DNA of 64,000 bases from Hamiltosporidium tvaerminnensis FI-OER-3-3 (GCA_022605425.2 JAKIMF020000001.1:2294001-2358000); one strand, 5' to 3'. Positions 24,680-36,876 are shown, counted from the stretch's first letter. Made by a program: numbers and translations. The notes: generated from the sequence alone by a model not told the origin.

Positions 24680-26740
24680 AAATTTATGGAAAATTTTTTT
24701 TAGTAAACACTAACTGACCTAAAATTTATTATTAATTTGTTATCTATGTCGATTGTTCCCGAAACAAAATATTTTAAAGAAGAAAATTATAAACATTATG
24801 ATAAGGAAAATAAATAAGCAAGATTATACAAAGAATATATTTTATGATGAAAATTCAATGAAATAATCTGTGTCTTTACCATTTAAATCTGATGAATTAA
24901 TTCATTATTGAATTCTTTGGCAAAAGGTTAATTAAAGGATAAAAAATTATTGCCTGTGCATAGACATTTGAAAAATCAAATTATGCCTGAGACGGATACG
25001 TGTGATAAATTACCAGCTGATCAGGCAAAAAAAATGATCTGGCAAATGTTGAGATTCTATTCCGTGGATTTAATTTGAGATATTTTGCTACATTCTAACA
25101 GTCTAAATACATGCCTGTTATTGTAAAGATGTACAGTATTAAAGTGATGATCAAAAAAAGAGCAAAATAAGTATTTCCGAAATAGCTTAAAAGCTCTCGA
25201 GTATAAAAAAACCAAGATTTTTAACAGAGATTAGAGTAAAATGAATGAAATCACATTTAAGGTTATTACCTATCGAGATTATTAGAGAAACCCAACAATA
25301 ACTGTGATTGTATTTTTTTTTAAAAAATATTTTTTTCACGCCAGGAAATTCTAACATAGAATTAAAGACATCAAAAAATCTATTCATATATGCATTAGGT
25401 GAGTATAAATTCATAAATTATATGGAAAGGGAAGAGATATTCGGGATATCTCATAAATCATCTGTTTATAAAACGATTCCGAATAGCCGCAAGAAAAAAA
25501 AATATATAATCTAAAAGAATTTTTCAATCATGACGATCACTCAGTATTTAAGGCTTAGATACAAAAAATTTTAAAAAGACATATACCAGAATACATCTGG
25601 GAAGAGCTTAAAGACAATTAAAAGATTGTCATTTCAAAAATCAGTGGAGGAAATTTTATTTTATTCAAGGTTTTGTTCCAATTAGAATGAAAAAAATTAT
25701 AATATTTATAAAGAAAATATTTATAATTATTGATATATCAGAAAAATACAACAGAATGACTTTTAAAAATCTCGTTAAAACTTTCAGGTCCTGTTTCTTT
25801 TCTTCGATTTGATAAAAATTTTCATATCAACCATAAATATTTGAATCGAGTTTAAAAACTTTTTATTGCGATAGATTTCGAGGATGTTTCGTTAGAAATA
25901 ACAAATGAAATATAATTCAATAAATAGACTGTATAGCAATGTTTCCTTTATTTTATTGCATTTAATGGCAATAAGTTTTATCATCAAACTTTTAATTATT
26001 TAAGCCAGAAAGACATGATATGATTTACACAAATTCTTCAAATATGATTATAATATTGTTTTTCGTATTTTTAATACATTATGGATGTAAAAATCAAGTG
26101 GAAATAGAATTTGAGTCGATGAAGGAACGACATAGATAAATCAAAATAAAAGTCATATTGCACTAAATATAGAGAATTAGCATTTTAAACATTTAGTTTT
26201 ATATTCTTTGACTACACTTTGGTTTTTAAATTAGACGTCAATATAATTCTGAAGTAGAAATATTAAAGTACAAAATAAATCAATTAATGCGTATTATCTA
26301 CAAAAACATTTAATTTCGCAGATCATTTTAAATAGATATAGCGATATATCATTCCTTTTTATTTTCGCCTTCACTAAACAATATTTATAAAAATATTTCA
26401 TATTGAGATTGGTTTCAACTTATTTTGCAATGATAATTTTTGTAGAAGTTATTTTTTTTAGAAATATATAGAATACAGAAGTATTGTCTAACGCCAGTAA
26501 AAATTTTATGACTAAAAATATTTAAGATATGGTTTTTCGCTGAAATTTTTACAAAAAAGTGTAATTATATAATTGTAAATTTAAAAAGTTATTTTTTTAG
26601 AAGGAATTGGTTAATCGAAAGATATATTTGGATTTATACTTTAAATTTTAAAATGTATCAAAAAATATGTATAAAATTTCCAATCTCCATAAAATTATTT
26701 GATTATGAATTAATATTCTTAATAATATGTTGCATAGCAT
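24680..26740 (+). pseudogene. Possible decayed member of a lineage-expanded large-protein family
   Basis: ~2 kb of coding-like + strand sequence with short ORF remnants (25308-25514), compositionally similar to the 794-aa gene. No alignment could be confirmed. Confidence 0.3.
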
Positions 26741-27525
26741 TATATTAATAGAAAATTATTTGTAATTATTCTCAAAAAATATAAAGTTTGCTTCCATACA
26801 CATAAATTTATTATTGACTAAAGACTTTAATCTGCAAAACGTTAACGAATAATCCTTTCTTACTTACAAACTTTCTTTTCTATTCCTATTATACCTCTCA
26901 GATCCGAGGATTTACAAATTAAAATTAGCCATTTTTCTTCTAATCAGAATAACTCATGCTTATAAGAGATCGGCCTGTAGCACAGGTATGGTTTTCATTA
27001 TTTTAAAATTGCGACACAATTTTCATACAATTCTTTACAATCATCGGCAATCAGATGGTCTTTAAGATGGTATCCCCTCTCGATTATCCTTTCCATATTG
27101 CCTGTTGAATTTAATATGATATTAACAATTATAGTCTTGTTGTGAATATATCAAAGTTAACAAAAATCTTAAAGTACTAATAGAAGTTTAGAAAACTGTA
27201 AATGGTAGACTAAGAATATTTTGAAAAAAAATTGAAAGTCTGGAATTAATTAGTTTTCAATTATCTACAAAAAACGAATTTGAAAGAAAGTTTTTTTAAA
27301 AAAACAATTAAAAAACTAAAACCAAATTCCGAATTAAAATTCCATTATTCAATTCGGTTCATCAAGTTAAAATGGAATGACGCCTTAAAATAAAGATATT
27401 TTAATGTAAACAAAGTTACTTATGTCCAGATAAAAATCTAATCTCGATTCAAATAAGTTAATATCAAGAAAAACAATATATTCTTCTATAATCAAATACA
27501 AATAATTTTTATTCAAAAAGTAAAT

Positions 27526-28494
27526 TTATAATTCTATACAATCCATCTTTTGCTTATACGTATTTCTGTCAAAAAGATAATCATAATCCAAATCAGATTC
27601 TATATTATGATTTATATCATTTATATTCTCATAGTTGTAAAATTCTTTCTTTTTATAGAAACATTTATTCATCCGTTGTTCCAATTTGAACTCTTTATCT
27701 AAAATTAAATATTTTTTTAATATTTGTTTTATACTTTCATAATCGTTTTGTATGTAAAATTTTTGCAAAATTTCATTCTCTTCTATAAAATCAAAAAAAT
27801 GAAAAACAAAGTTTTCTATACTCGAAACTTCAATAGGCTTTGTAAAACAAATATACTTATTATCTTTAATACTAAAATTTTGAAAAGTATCAGTTGTTGC
27901 TTTCTTAATATAAAAATAAAACAATTCATATGTTTTAAATGCCAAAATATTATTTTCATTACCAAAATGATAAATAAATAAATCTAAATTGCGAAAAACA
28001 CCCATTCTTATACTTATAAATACCTGTTTACTATATATAGTAATGTCATTTAAGCTTAAAAAATTATCTATTTCTTTTTCAAAATATTTGTGCTGCAATA
28101 CCAACGGCAATCCGTTAAACTCTTCAACGGGATCATATAGAAACTTAATTATTTGTTTTTTGAAATTCTGTAATAAATTTGTATTGAAAATGTATGTGAA
28201 GACATGCGATCTTAATATTCTACTTTTAATATGTTTTTGAAGCAAACTTATTGAAATAAATACTTGAGATTCAAAACATTCTTTGTTTAAAGAATTAATA
28301 AGACGATAACACATTGATATCAAAGTTTTATTATGAAAAGTTTCTACACCAGTAGTAAATATTTTTAAATACTCAATATGATTTGACTTGTTATTCTGTA
28401 AAAATATTAAGATATCGGAATAAAATTTTTCATAATCAGAATCATCTGGGTGTATTTGCGAAATCATTAGAAAATTGTTTACCCATTTATTCAT
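27526..28494 (-). CDS. Hypothetical protein (322 aa)
   Basis: Long ORF for this AT content. TACCCATA precedes the ATG (CCC motif) and AATAAA follows the stop. No family recognised. Confidence 0.7.
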   Translation of the reverse strand: MNKWVNNFLMISQIHPDDSDYEKFYSDILIFLQNNKSNHIEYLKIFTTGVETFHNKTLISMCYRLINSLNKECFESQVFISISLLQKHIKSRILRSHVFTYIFNTNLLQNFKKQIIKFLYDPVEEFNGLPLVLQHKYFEKEIDNFLSLNDITIYSKQVFISIRMGVFRNLDLFIYHFGNENNILAFKTYELFYFYIKKATTDTFQNFSIKDNKYICFTKPIEVSSIENFVFHFFDFIEENEILQKFYIQNDYESIKQILKKYLILDKEFKLEQRMNKCFYKKKEFYNYENINDINHNIESDLDYDYLFDRNTYKQKMDCIEL

Positions 28495-29089
28495 TATGGG
28501 TAGAAAAATAAATAATAACTTTGATCCTTTATTTTTTATAGGTATAGAGATTCTTACTGTAAAAAATGAAATGATTCAAAAAAAAGACGGTAAACGGTAT
28601 GGATTAAATTAAAAATAACTTTGAATTGTGGGAAACAAAAACAAATCATATATATAGTTCTTTACCCCCTGTAATTCAAAAAATAATCCTAACCACTACG
28701 AAACCAAGCGAATATTATTACATCCGTTTTATGTTTAATTGATGCCCTCTTCTGCTACATCAGAGTAGTATTCTTATGCTAAAACCTCTAATCTTGTCTA
28801 TCCAATGATACGAAAAAATCTTTCTTTAAACAAATTTGTTGGACTAGGAATTTCTAGGAATAATAAGTTATTTAATTCGAATAAATTTCAAATCGATCAA
28901 AAAATATGCAGTACCAACAAAACGAAAGAAAGCAAGGACAAATAAATAAAGCTAACAATTTTTGTTCATTGTATTGTTGTTTTCTTTTCAAGCGACGGGT
29001 CCCCCACCGGGATTCCGACACTCTTAATAATTTTTTTCTTGTGAAATTTGCAAAACATATTTTTTTAATAATTTGTGGTCCGTGTTTAC

Positions 29090-29560
29090 ATCCAATTATA
29101 TATTTACATACTCACTGGCATTAAGAGCCCTAGACTGATTTACTAATAACTTCCACCTGTCGCGATTAAGCGCCAATCCTTTCTATTTGTCTATACCAAG
29201 TTTACCGAGCTCTTTTTTTTAACATATCTAAGTATATATGTTTAATATGGACTTTGTTTCGGATTTTTTTTACAACTTGTTTATTTCATCATTTGTTTTA
29301 GACAGCCCTGTTTGAAATATACCAACATTTCTGCCTCTCATGTTGAAAACCGTGTCATAGGGATACTGCTTTTTACATATAAACTGATTTGAAGTTTTTT
29401 TCTTGCTCTCCGAGTCTGTCTATGACTGTTTTGCTTGCATACAATATTTTGTTGAGAAACTACGTCATTTAGAGTGAAAATTTTTTAGCCTTTTAATTGT
29501 TGTTATCATGCTGCTTCATATAATATTCTTGTATTTTAGATTAAAACCAGAAAAATTATG
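29090..29560 (-). pseudogene. Decayed 3' end of a probable RTE-clade non-LTR retrotransposon
   Basis: The minus strand near 29125-29180 reads LALNRDRWKLLVNQSRA, resembling the A.DR..WR..V terminus typical of RTE ORFs. Upstream sequence is disrupted. Confidence 0.4.
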
Positions 29561-29991
29561 AATGTTACATTGTTCGAAAAAATATTCAATATTTATACAA
29601 TCTTTATATTGTTTTTGCTATTTTGAATAATTATAAAATTATTTTAACTTTTCAAAGAACTTTTCTATTAAGTTTCCATGGGAATCGTTTTGTTGGCATA
29701 CCAAAGCAACAAATTTTTATTCCTTTAAATATATCGTAGAATAAGGTTAAATTTTTGTTGCGATAGAGATTGACTAAAAAATTAAAGTAAATAATAAAAT
29801 CAATGTAAGTTTAATGCTATACTATTTAAATAAGATAGTTTACTGATTAAAGAGATACATTAAATGAGCCTTTCTAGCAAAAAATTTTTAAAAATATATC
29901 AAAATACGACCAAAACTTTGGCTTTAAAGAATTCAATAGGTGAATCGCTTAAAAATAAACTTAAGCTTTTTTTAAAAAAGACAGAACATGT

Positions 29992-32376
29992 TCAAGAAAA
30001 ATTCGATTTAAATTCCGTATCGAGATATTCATTTATTTCAGCGGATCTTTCTGATCTAATAGGTTTGTAAATTTCAAATTTAGTGGTCTTAAAATCTTTT
30101 CTTTTAAAACATGAAATTATTTCGTAATCAATTGTTTCACAAGACAATGATAAACACTTCAAGATTTTGATCTTTTTTAAAATGTTTATATCTTCTTTAC
30201 GAATCGCTTTACAATGAAAGGAAAAAAAATTGATTGTATTAAAGAAATTACAATCTGTAAAAAGCATTTTAAAGTCAATAAAATCAGACTTATGATTTAT
30301 TCTGATAGAGAGAAGTTCTATTTTGGCCATTTTATTCAAAAAAAGATATTCAGTCCTACTTATTCTATAAACATAATAATATATACTTAAAATATCTGAG
30401 AAAGCATATACATTAGATAGCCAATCTAAATAATTCGTTGTTTTTTCATTAACTATATCAGTTATAATTTTTAAAGATTTCAAATAAATTTTATGTTCAC
30501 TCAAGTTTTTGCAGGAAAAATCTTTAAAAATTTCTCTAAAACATAGCTCTGTATGATTTATACAAATATTTTTTAGCTTCAGAACTTCAACATTTCTAAA
30601 TCTTTTTAGATAAACCAAAAGGCTTATATGAATAGGAGAATATGAGTTTATTAGATCGAAAGCTGCTAATTTTTGATTGATTATATTACCATCTGATATA
30701 AATCTATAATCATTTGTATAAATGAAAGTTCTGATTCCAAAATATACAATTGTAGTTGATCTTAAAACAAACAAGAGTAACTCATCCGTAATAACAATAT
30801 TTTGCAATAAAAAATATTTGATGGTATTCATATAGCTAAGAGATTTAAAAACAGAGTTATCAAGTTTAAGGGGAGTCGAACTGCTATCATAATTTAACTC
30901 AATATATTTGTATTTAGACCACTCGAAATGTACAAAATTAGTAGTAAAATTTGAAGTTTCGTCATATGAATATCTATATAGCCTCACTAATTGTTTATAT
31001 TGAATATCAATGTCTAATTTTTTTGATTCGTTTGTAAAATTGTCAGCATAAAACATACAATTATTTGGAATATCATTTAAAAATTCGAAATCAATATCTC
31101 TGAACTCATAATTCAAAGAATAAATACTGCACAATACTTTTGGATTTTCCAAAGAAAAGTTTACCAACAAACGAAGTCTTTCAAAATCAAAATTTTTTGT
31201 ACTCAATGTAAGCTTCTGAAGATTTTTAGATAACAGCAATATCTTCTTTAATTCATCTGCGCTAGAATTAAATTCCAATTTTAATACTTTTAGATTTGTT
31301 GAAAAAACACTGAGTTGTTTTTTCGAAAATAGTCTTATCAGATTTTCAGTAAAATGACTATAAAGTTTGTTTGTATGAAATGTAACGTCATTAAAAAGTT
31401 TGCGTGCTTTAGTATTTGTGTATTCCTCTGAAAACATTAAATAGAGAAGATCAAATTCGGTAATACATAGTAATAGTCTCCATGTATTTAATAGATATCC
31501 TATGCCTAACATTTTGTATATTTTTTTAATGCTGATATCATTTAATCTCAGATAAAGCCTTTTTGTACCTTTTTTATATGAAATGTATGTATTAAACAGT
31601 ATATCGCAACTATTAAACCTCAGATATTTATTTCCTGACAATATCATGCAACGCTCTGCGCTCTTGTCATTAAATGTTATAAAATCAAAATAAAATATTA
31701 ACAAATCCATGAGAATCGATTTTTTTATGTATTTATGATGATATCTTTCACAAGATTTTTCAAAATCGAATGTTAGATTCGCTTCTTCCATACTAAACAT
31801 AAAATTTTTAAATAATTCTTTTAAGAAATCATTTCTTTCTTTGGATTTTTTTATATCTAATATGGAAATAATTATTAAAATATCTAAAAACTCTTGTATT
31901 CGAATTTGATTAACAATAATATCTGGATTCTCTATTAATTTAATGAATAGAACCAATGAGTAATGAGAAACATCTTTAAGAAATATGTTTATGTTTGTCT
32001 GTTTAGATTCAAATAAGGTTTTTATAAAATTTGAACTGAGTAAAATATCATTTTCGTAAGGTATTGTTAAAATATTTGGATTGTAATATTTTGTTCTTCC
32101 ATTAGCAAATTCATAGCCCAAGATATTATTTTCAAAGCGTGTAATTATATCCTCTCCAATAAAATATTTCATTGGCTTATTTTCTATTTTGGACATTTCC
32201 AAAGTTAAGTCGATGGCATTTAATCTATATATCGTATTTTGGTCATTTAAAATGAAAAAACTTACACTGGTAAAGCATAATGGAAAATAAAAGCAAATTA
32301 GTACAACAAATGTTTGCAGATACGATTTATTAGCGCCCGGTTCTTTTCTTTTCCCAAAATATAAATATAAAGACAT
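29992..32376 (-). CDS. Lineage-specific large protein with N-terminal hydrophobic segment and degenerate LRR-like C-terminal half
   Basis: 794-aa ORF with TFVVLICFYFPLCFTS as a signal-like segment and repeated LxxLxL patterns (NLKVLKLE, NLQKLTLS, NVEVLKLK, LKSLKI, LKCLSLS). Confidence 0.7.
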   Translation of the reverse strand: MSLYLYFGKRKEPGANKSYLQTFVVLICFYFPLCFTSVSFFILNDQNTIYRLNAIDLTLEMSKIENKPMKYFIGEDIITRFENNILGYEFANGRTKYYNPNILTIPYENDILLSSNFIKTLFESKQTNINIFLKDVSHYSLVLFIKLIENPDIIVNQIRIQEFLDILIIISILDIKKSKERNDFLKELFKNFMFSMEEANLTFDFEKSCERYHHKYIKKSILMDLLIFYFDFITFNDKSAERCMILSGNKYLRFNSCDILFNTYISYKKGTKRLYLRLNDISIKKIYKMLGIGYLLNTWRLLLCITEFDLLYLMFSEEYTNTKARKLFNDVTFHTNKLYSHFTENLIRLFSKKQLSVFSTNLKVLKLEFNSSADELKKILLLSKNLQKLTLSTKNFDFERLRLLVNFSLENPKVLCSIYSLNYEFRDIDFEFLNDIPNNCMFYADNFTNESKKLDIDIQYKQLVRLYRYSYDETSNFTTNFVHFEWSKYKYIELNYDSSSTPLKLDNSVFKSLSYMNTIKYFLLQNIVITDELLLFVLRSTTIVYFGIRTFIYTNDYRFISDGNIINQKLAAFDLINSYSPIHISLLVYLKRFRNVEVLKLKNICINHTELCFREIFKDFSCKNLSEHKIYLKSLKIITDIVNEKTTNYLDWLSNVYAFSDILSIYYYVYRISRTEYLFLNKMAKIELLSIRINHKSDFIDFKMLFTDCNFFNTINFFSFHCKAIRKEDINILKKIKILKCLSLSCETIDYEIISCFKRKDFKTTKFEIYKPIRSERSAEINEYLDTEFKSNFS

Positions 32377-33351
32377 ATAAGCTCAAAAGTATTTCTAAAT
32401 ATATAATATATTTATTTAATTTACGATAAAACGAATTTTTTTTTCTTGATTATGAAGATATTAAAATCGTTCTCGAACAATGAACTACTGTACTGCAAAA
32501 AGTACTCTGAAATATATAAGCACATCGAGAAATCCTTAATATGTATTTAGAATATAGGAGTATAAAAAAATACTTTACCAAAAATAATATCAGGACAAAT
32601 ATCATTCAAAGCTAAGGTTATAACATATAATTTGTTATGTAAGAAACTTAGTTTTGCCTCGTGCAAATAAAACCATTTTCTGAATCTTTAAAAATATTAC
32701 ATATTGAATCATAATAATTTAGGTATGTTCGAAACTTCTTTTGGTTAATTATTCTGTTAGATTGCACAATATAAGCCCGTCTGAATTAATAAAAAATTTT
32801 TAGCGAGTAAAATGCAATTGCGCTCAAATCTTCCTGATAGTGCACTAATAATTCTAAAGCAGTGAATTAAGAATTTTAAATTGACCATGAGTGATGAAAT
32901 AATTACAATGGAAACTAAAAAGGTAAAATTCTTGTAAAACAAATGATATTTTTTTATATTTGTTTTATTAGATATAGGATAAGAAGCTACAGACAAAAAA
33001 TACTTAAGAATCTGCATGATAGCCTTTGTAACGAGATGAGAAACAACCAAAGTTATTTTAATTTAAGAAGACCGGGAGATCAATGCTCACGTTCGCTATT
33101 TGTTAATATCAGAATACAATATTATCAAATTTATTGCGAAACCATAATTAACTATATCAGAATAAAATGTATTATAGTCACAGTAAACATAGTGTTCAGA
33201 TTTTAGACAAAATGAATTAGGAAAGTGTTTCTATCTAAATACAAGATTTTTTTATTAATAAAGAACTAGTTTTAAGAATTGCTCAATCTTTCACAAATTT
33301 ATAAGAAAAATGTGTCATGAAGAAAAATGTTTATCATGGAGTAAATATTAA

Positions 33352-34083
33352 AATTTATTTAAAAGTATCACATCCTTTGAAAATAGTGGCCAGTTTTATA
33401 TTTGTTTTCATGACATTAACGCAGTTCTAGATTTAACATAAATAACTATTGTTTAACAGTTCATCAGTACCCCCTGCGATATCTATGTTACTTATATTTT
33501 CATCTACCAGGTGTGTAGAACCTAATTACTAGGCGAGGCAGTTGCCCGGAGTTCGTTAATATCCGTTGCATGGAGTGTGATCGAAGGCCGAAGCCCCCCC
33601 TGGGCTCCCTCCAAGACTATGCAGCATTCCCACTTACTCTACACTTTCTGAACCCAATAAACTTCTAGCTAAGATATATTTCAGAGATTTACATGGGGTC
33701 CACCTAGACAGTGCAATGTCATACCAACAGGTATAACCTGCTACTTAGCTTTCCCGGCTTTTAATGGGTTTTATTTTTATATCTCCCAGGCGCTAAGTCT
33801 TCTAACCCGAGTGAGCAAGGCTAGGTTTCCATGCTTTTACATGGCAATTACCTACATGTTCAGCTTCGGTCTGCAATCTGGTTACATAAAAAACTACAAA
33901 TAAATTTGTAGAAAAAGTTTCTCCATTTCTTAGACCTCTTCTCCTCATAACAACTCCCAAAGAACAACCGAAGATGTAGTGTGGTTGTATTCCCACCAAT
34001 AATCCAAACAATGATATCGTATATCAATCTTACACACTCATTACCAATCAGAAAAGTTTTCTATTTTGTTATCCACCCTTCAC
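33352..34083 (-). mobile_element. Structured SINE-like retroposon, copy D (full length)
   Basis: The central part is near-identical to 54720-55459 and the ends are more diverged. Its 5' end lies ~100 bp from the PMS1 ATG, head-to-head. Confidence 0.88.
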
Positions 34084-34179
34084 TCTTTACCAAGCAAATA
34101 TTTTATTCAAATTTTAAATTTTATTTTTTTGGCGCATTTTTCTTCCAAATATAAAAAAAACATTTTCATTTTACTACCG

Positions 34180-36876
34180 ATGATACATCAACTATCTACT
34201 TTTTCTTCAGAAACTATTCAATCGCAACAGACATTTACAAACATATTTTCTATAACAAAAGAATTAATTGAAAATTCTTTAGATGCTGAAAGTACTATAA
34301 TTAAAGTTTTTATAGATAATTTATCTATAAAAATAGAAGACAATGGAATTGGCATAAACACGATTGAAAAAATAGGAATTGAAGGTTTCACCACAAAAAG
34401 TGAGCAGACACACTACGTACTTGGAGACAAACCGAAACCAAAATTTTCTTTCGGATTTAGAGGACAAGCAATATTTCTACTACGAAAAATATGTGATATA
34501 GAAATAATATCAAGAGAATCATCTGTTCCCTACGCCTTAAAATACAACCTTTCAAAAAATACAGAAATATCCAAAACATTTAAAGAACCCGGAACAACCA
34601 TCATTGTTACAAATATATTTAAAAATTGTCCGATACGCCGAAAAATATTTTATTCTCAAATTTCCAAAGACACTGAAAAACTTATTTCTTTGTTTAAATC
34701 CTATTGTATTGTATATAAAACAGAAATTAAATTATTTTTAAAAAATAAGTTGATATTCGATGAAAGTGGATTTGGAAATATTAAAAAATATTTTGAAATT
34801 AATTTTCCTGAATATTTCAATACAAAAAATAAAAATGAGCATGGAAATAAAAATGAGAATGTAAATAAAAATCAAGATGGAAATATAAAAGATGGAAATA
34901 TAAATGAAGATGTAAATATAAACGAAGGTAAGAATTATATAAACGAAGGTAAGAATTATATAAACGAAGGTAAGAATTATATAAACGAAGGTAAGAATTG
35001 TATAAACGAAGGTAAGAATTGTATAAATGAGGATGGAAATACCAAAAACACAAAAAATAATTTTGAAGATGAAAGGGAACAAAATGAACAAACATCAGAA
35101 TTTAATTCATACATTGAATTTGAAAATGAAAATTTTTATTTTTTAATTTCAAAAATATCTTCAGTTTCTTTAAAAAGTTTCATTTTTGTAGACTTACGAC
35201 CAGTAAAAAGTAAAAAAATAACGAAACAGATTTGTCAGATTTTTAATAATTTTTCTTCAAATTTTCCTATTTTTTTCTTGAAAATAAAAGAAGATTCTGA
35301 TGTTAATGTTAGTGCTGATAAGACAGATTTTGTTCTAGCAAATGAAAATAATATTTTTAATGTTTTAAGAGATGTAATGGAAAGAAATCTTTGTCTCTAT
35401 AAATATGTATCACCAATGATTTGTAATTATGAAATTGAAAAGCAGGAACATAAAGATTATAAAGAAATAAATAATGAATTACGAAATGATTATGGTAGAG
35501 ATTTAATTAGAGATTCAAGTAAGTATTTACAGACACACTGCTGTGCACATAAAAACAATGACAAGGAATCAAATACAAAGACATTTTTCTATGAAAATCT
35601 TGAAAAATTCATATCAAATGATTCTTTAGAAAATGAAATTCTAACTAAAATAGATGAGAATAAAGACAAAAATTATAAAATTTCTGAAAAAAATATTTTT
35701 TCTAGAATTTTAAATTGTAAAAAACCAAAATTTAATGATAAAAATTCAGAAAATTTTGAGGATAAAAAAAGTGAAAGATCAAACGTATTAAATGAAAAGA
35801 GTCTTAATACTGTAAATAATAAAATTAGAAATAAAAAATATAATCGAGGAGATAATATTTCTAGTTCATCATTTACAAATGAGTATAAAAATGAAGAAAA
35901 TTATAATGAAAGTACAGAAGAAAACATTTTTATTTCACCAACAGATATAAATTTAGAAGAAAATAATGATTGCATTCCGATCAATCATAAACAAGCTGAG
36001 AATAATTGCATACCACCAGTCAACCAAAAACATGAGGAGAATAATTGCATACCACCAGTCAATCACAAACAAGGTGCGGATAATCGTAACTTAGTATCAG
36101 CCAATCACAAACATGATGAGAATAATAATTACATACCACCAGTCAATCACAAACAAGATAAAGATAATTATAAAAATATCATTTCTCAGGACATTGAAGA
36201 ACAAATAGAAACACCAAATCCTTTCTACATAGAAAAAACAAAAAATATATTTTTACACTTCGATGATCCAATAGTTTCATCGTTAAATACTAAAATAATT
36301 CTTACGAAAAAAGACTTTTTAGAAATGAAAATAATTGGTCAATTTAATTGTGGATTCATACTAACAGAATTGATTAAAGAAAACAAAAAATATCTGATAA
36401 TTATTGACCAACACGCAGCCGACGAAATAAAAAATTTTGAATTTTTAAAAAACAATTTCTATTTAAAAAAACAACGATTAATTGTACCGTTGAATTTAAA
36501 ATTAGATTCTTTAGAAGAATATATTATTAAAAGCAATAAAAGTGTTATAAATAGAAATGGATTTGAAATAAACAATAATTTACAAATTATTTGTGTTCCA
36601 ATTTATAAAAATCAAATATTTGGAAAAAACGATTTTTATGAAATATTAAGTAAATTAAAAAATACCAACCAATCAGAAAAATATATTTTTTGTGACAGAA
36701 TTAAAGATATTATGGCTAGTAAAGCTTGTAGACAAAGTATTATGATAGGAGATGTACTCTCTTATAAACAAATGGAAGAAATAGTTAGAAATCTTACAGA
36801 TTTAAATATACCATGGAATTGTCCACACGGAAGACCAACAACACGTGTTTTATGTGTTTTAGAACATAAAAATTAA
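34180..36876 (+). CDS. PMS1: MutL homolog PMS1/PMS2 mismatch-repair endonuclease
   Basis: GHKL motifs KELIENSLDA, DNGIGI and FGFRG, plus C-terminal DQHAADE, ACR and CPHGRP. Likely ATG is 34180, because the track's TTG at 34066 lies inside the repeat. Confidence 0.95.
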   Translation: MIHQLSTFSSETIQSQQTFTNIFSITKELIENSLDAESTIIKVFIDNLSIKIEDNGIGINTIEKIGIEGFTTKSEQTHYVLGDKPKPKFSFGFRGQAIFLLRKICDIEIISRESSVPYALKYNLSKNTEISKTFKEPGTTIIVTNIFKNCPIRRKIFYSQISKDTEKLISLFKSYCIVYKTEIKLFLKNKLIFDESGFGNIKKYFEINFPEYFNTKNKNEHGNKNENVNKNQDGNIKDGNINEDVNINEGKNYINEGKNYINEGKNYINEGKNCINEGKNCINEDGNTKNTKNNFEDEREQNEQTSEFNSYIEFENENFYFLISKISSVSLKSFIFVDLRPVKSKKITKQICQIFNNFSSNFPIFFLKIKEDSDVNVSADKTDFVLANENNIFNVLRDVMERNLCLYKYVSPMICNYEIEKQEHKDYKEINNELRNDYGRDLIRDSSKYLQTHCCAHKNNDKESNTKTFFYENLEKFISNDSLENEILTKIDENKDKNYKISEKNIFSRILNCKKPKFNDKNSENFEDKKSERSNVLNEKSLNTVNNKIRNKKYNRGDNISSSSFTNEYKNEENYNESTEENIFISPTDINLEENNDCIPINHKQAENNCIPPVNQKHEENNCIPPVNHKQGADNRNLVSANHKHDENNNYIPPVNHKQDKDNYKNIISQDIEEQIETPNPFYIEKTKNIFLHFDDPIVSSLNTKIILTKKDFLEMKIIGQFNCGFILTELIKENKKYLIIIDQHAADEIKNFEFLKNNFYLKKQRLIVPLNLKLDSLEEYIIKSNKSVINRNGFEINNNLQIICVPIYKNQIFGKNDFYEILSKLKNTNQSEKYIFCDRIKDIMASKACRQSIMIGDVLSYKQMEEIVRNLTDLNIPWNCPHGRPTTRVLCVLEHKN
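34918..35022 (+). repeat. In-frame 21-bp minisatellite x5 (INEGKNY/C) in PMS1
   Basis: ATAAACGAAGGTAAGAATT(A/G)T repeated five times. Confidence 0.95.
35959..36160 (+). repeat. In-frame degenerate ~39-42-bp repeat (ENNCIPPVNHKQ) in PMS1 linker
   Basis: GAGAATAATTGCATACCACCAGTCAA-like units, about five copies. Confidence 0.85.

Noticed and set aside
33455-33480. CTGATGA on the sense strand of copies D and G as a possible hammerhead core
   Set aside because: The best-preserved copies read CCGATGG, and no stem II plus GAAA follows.
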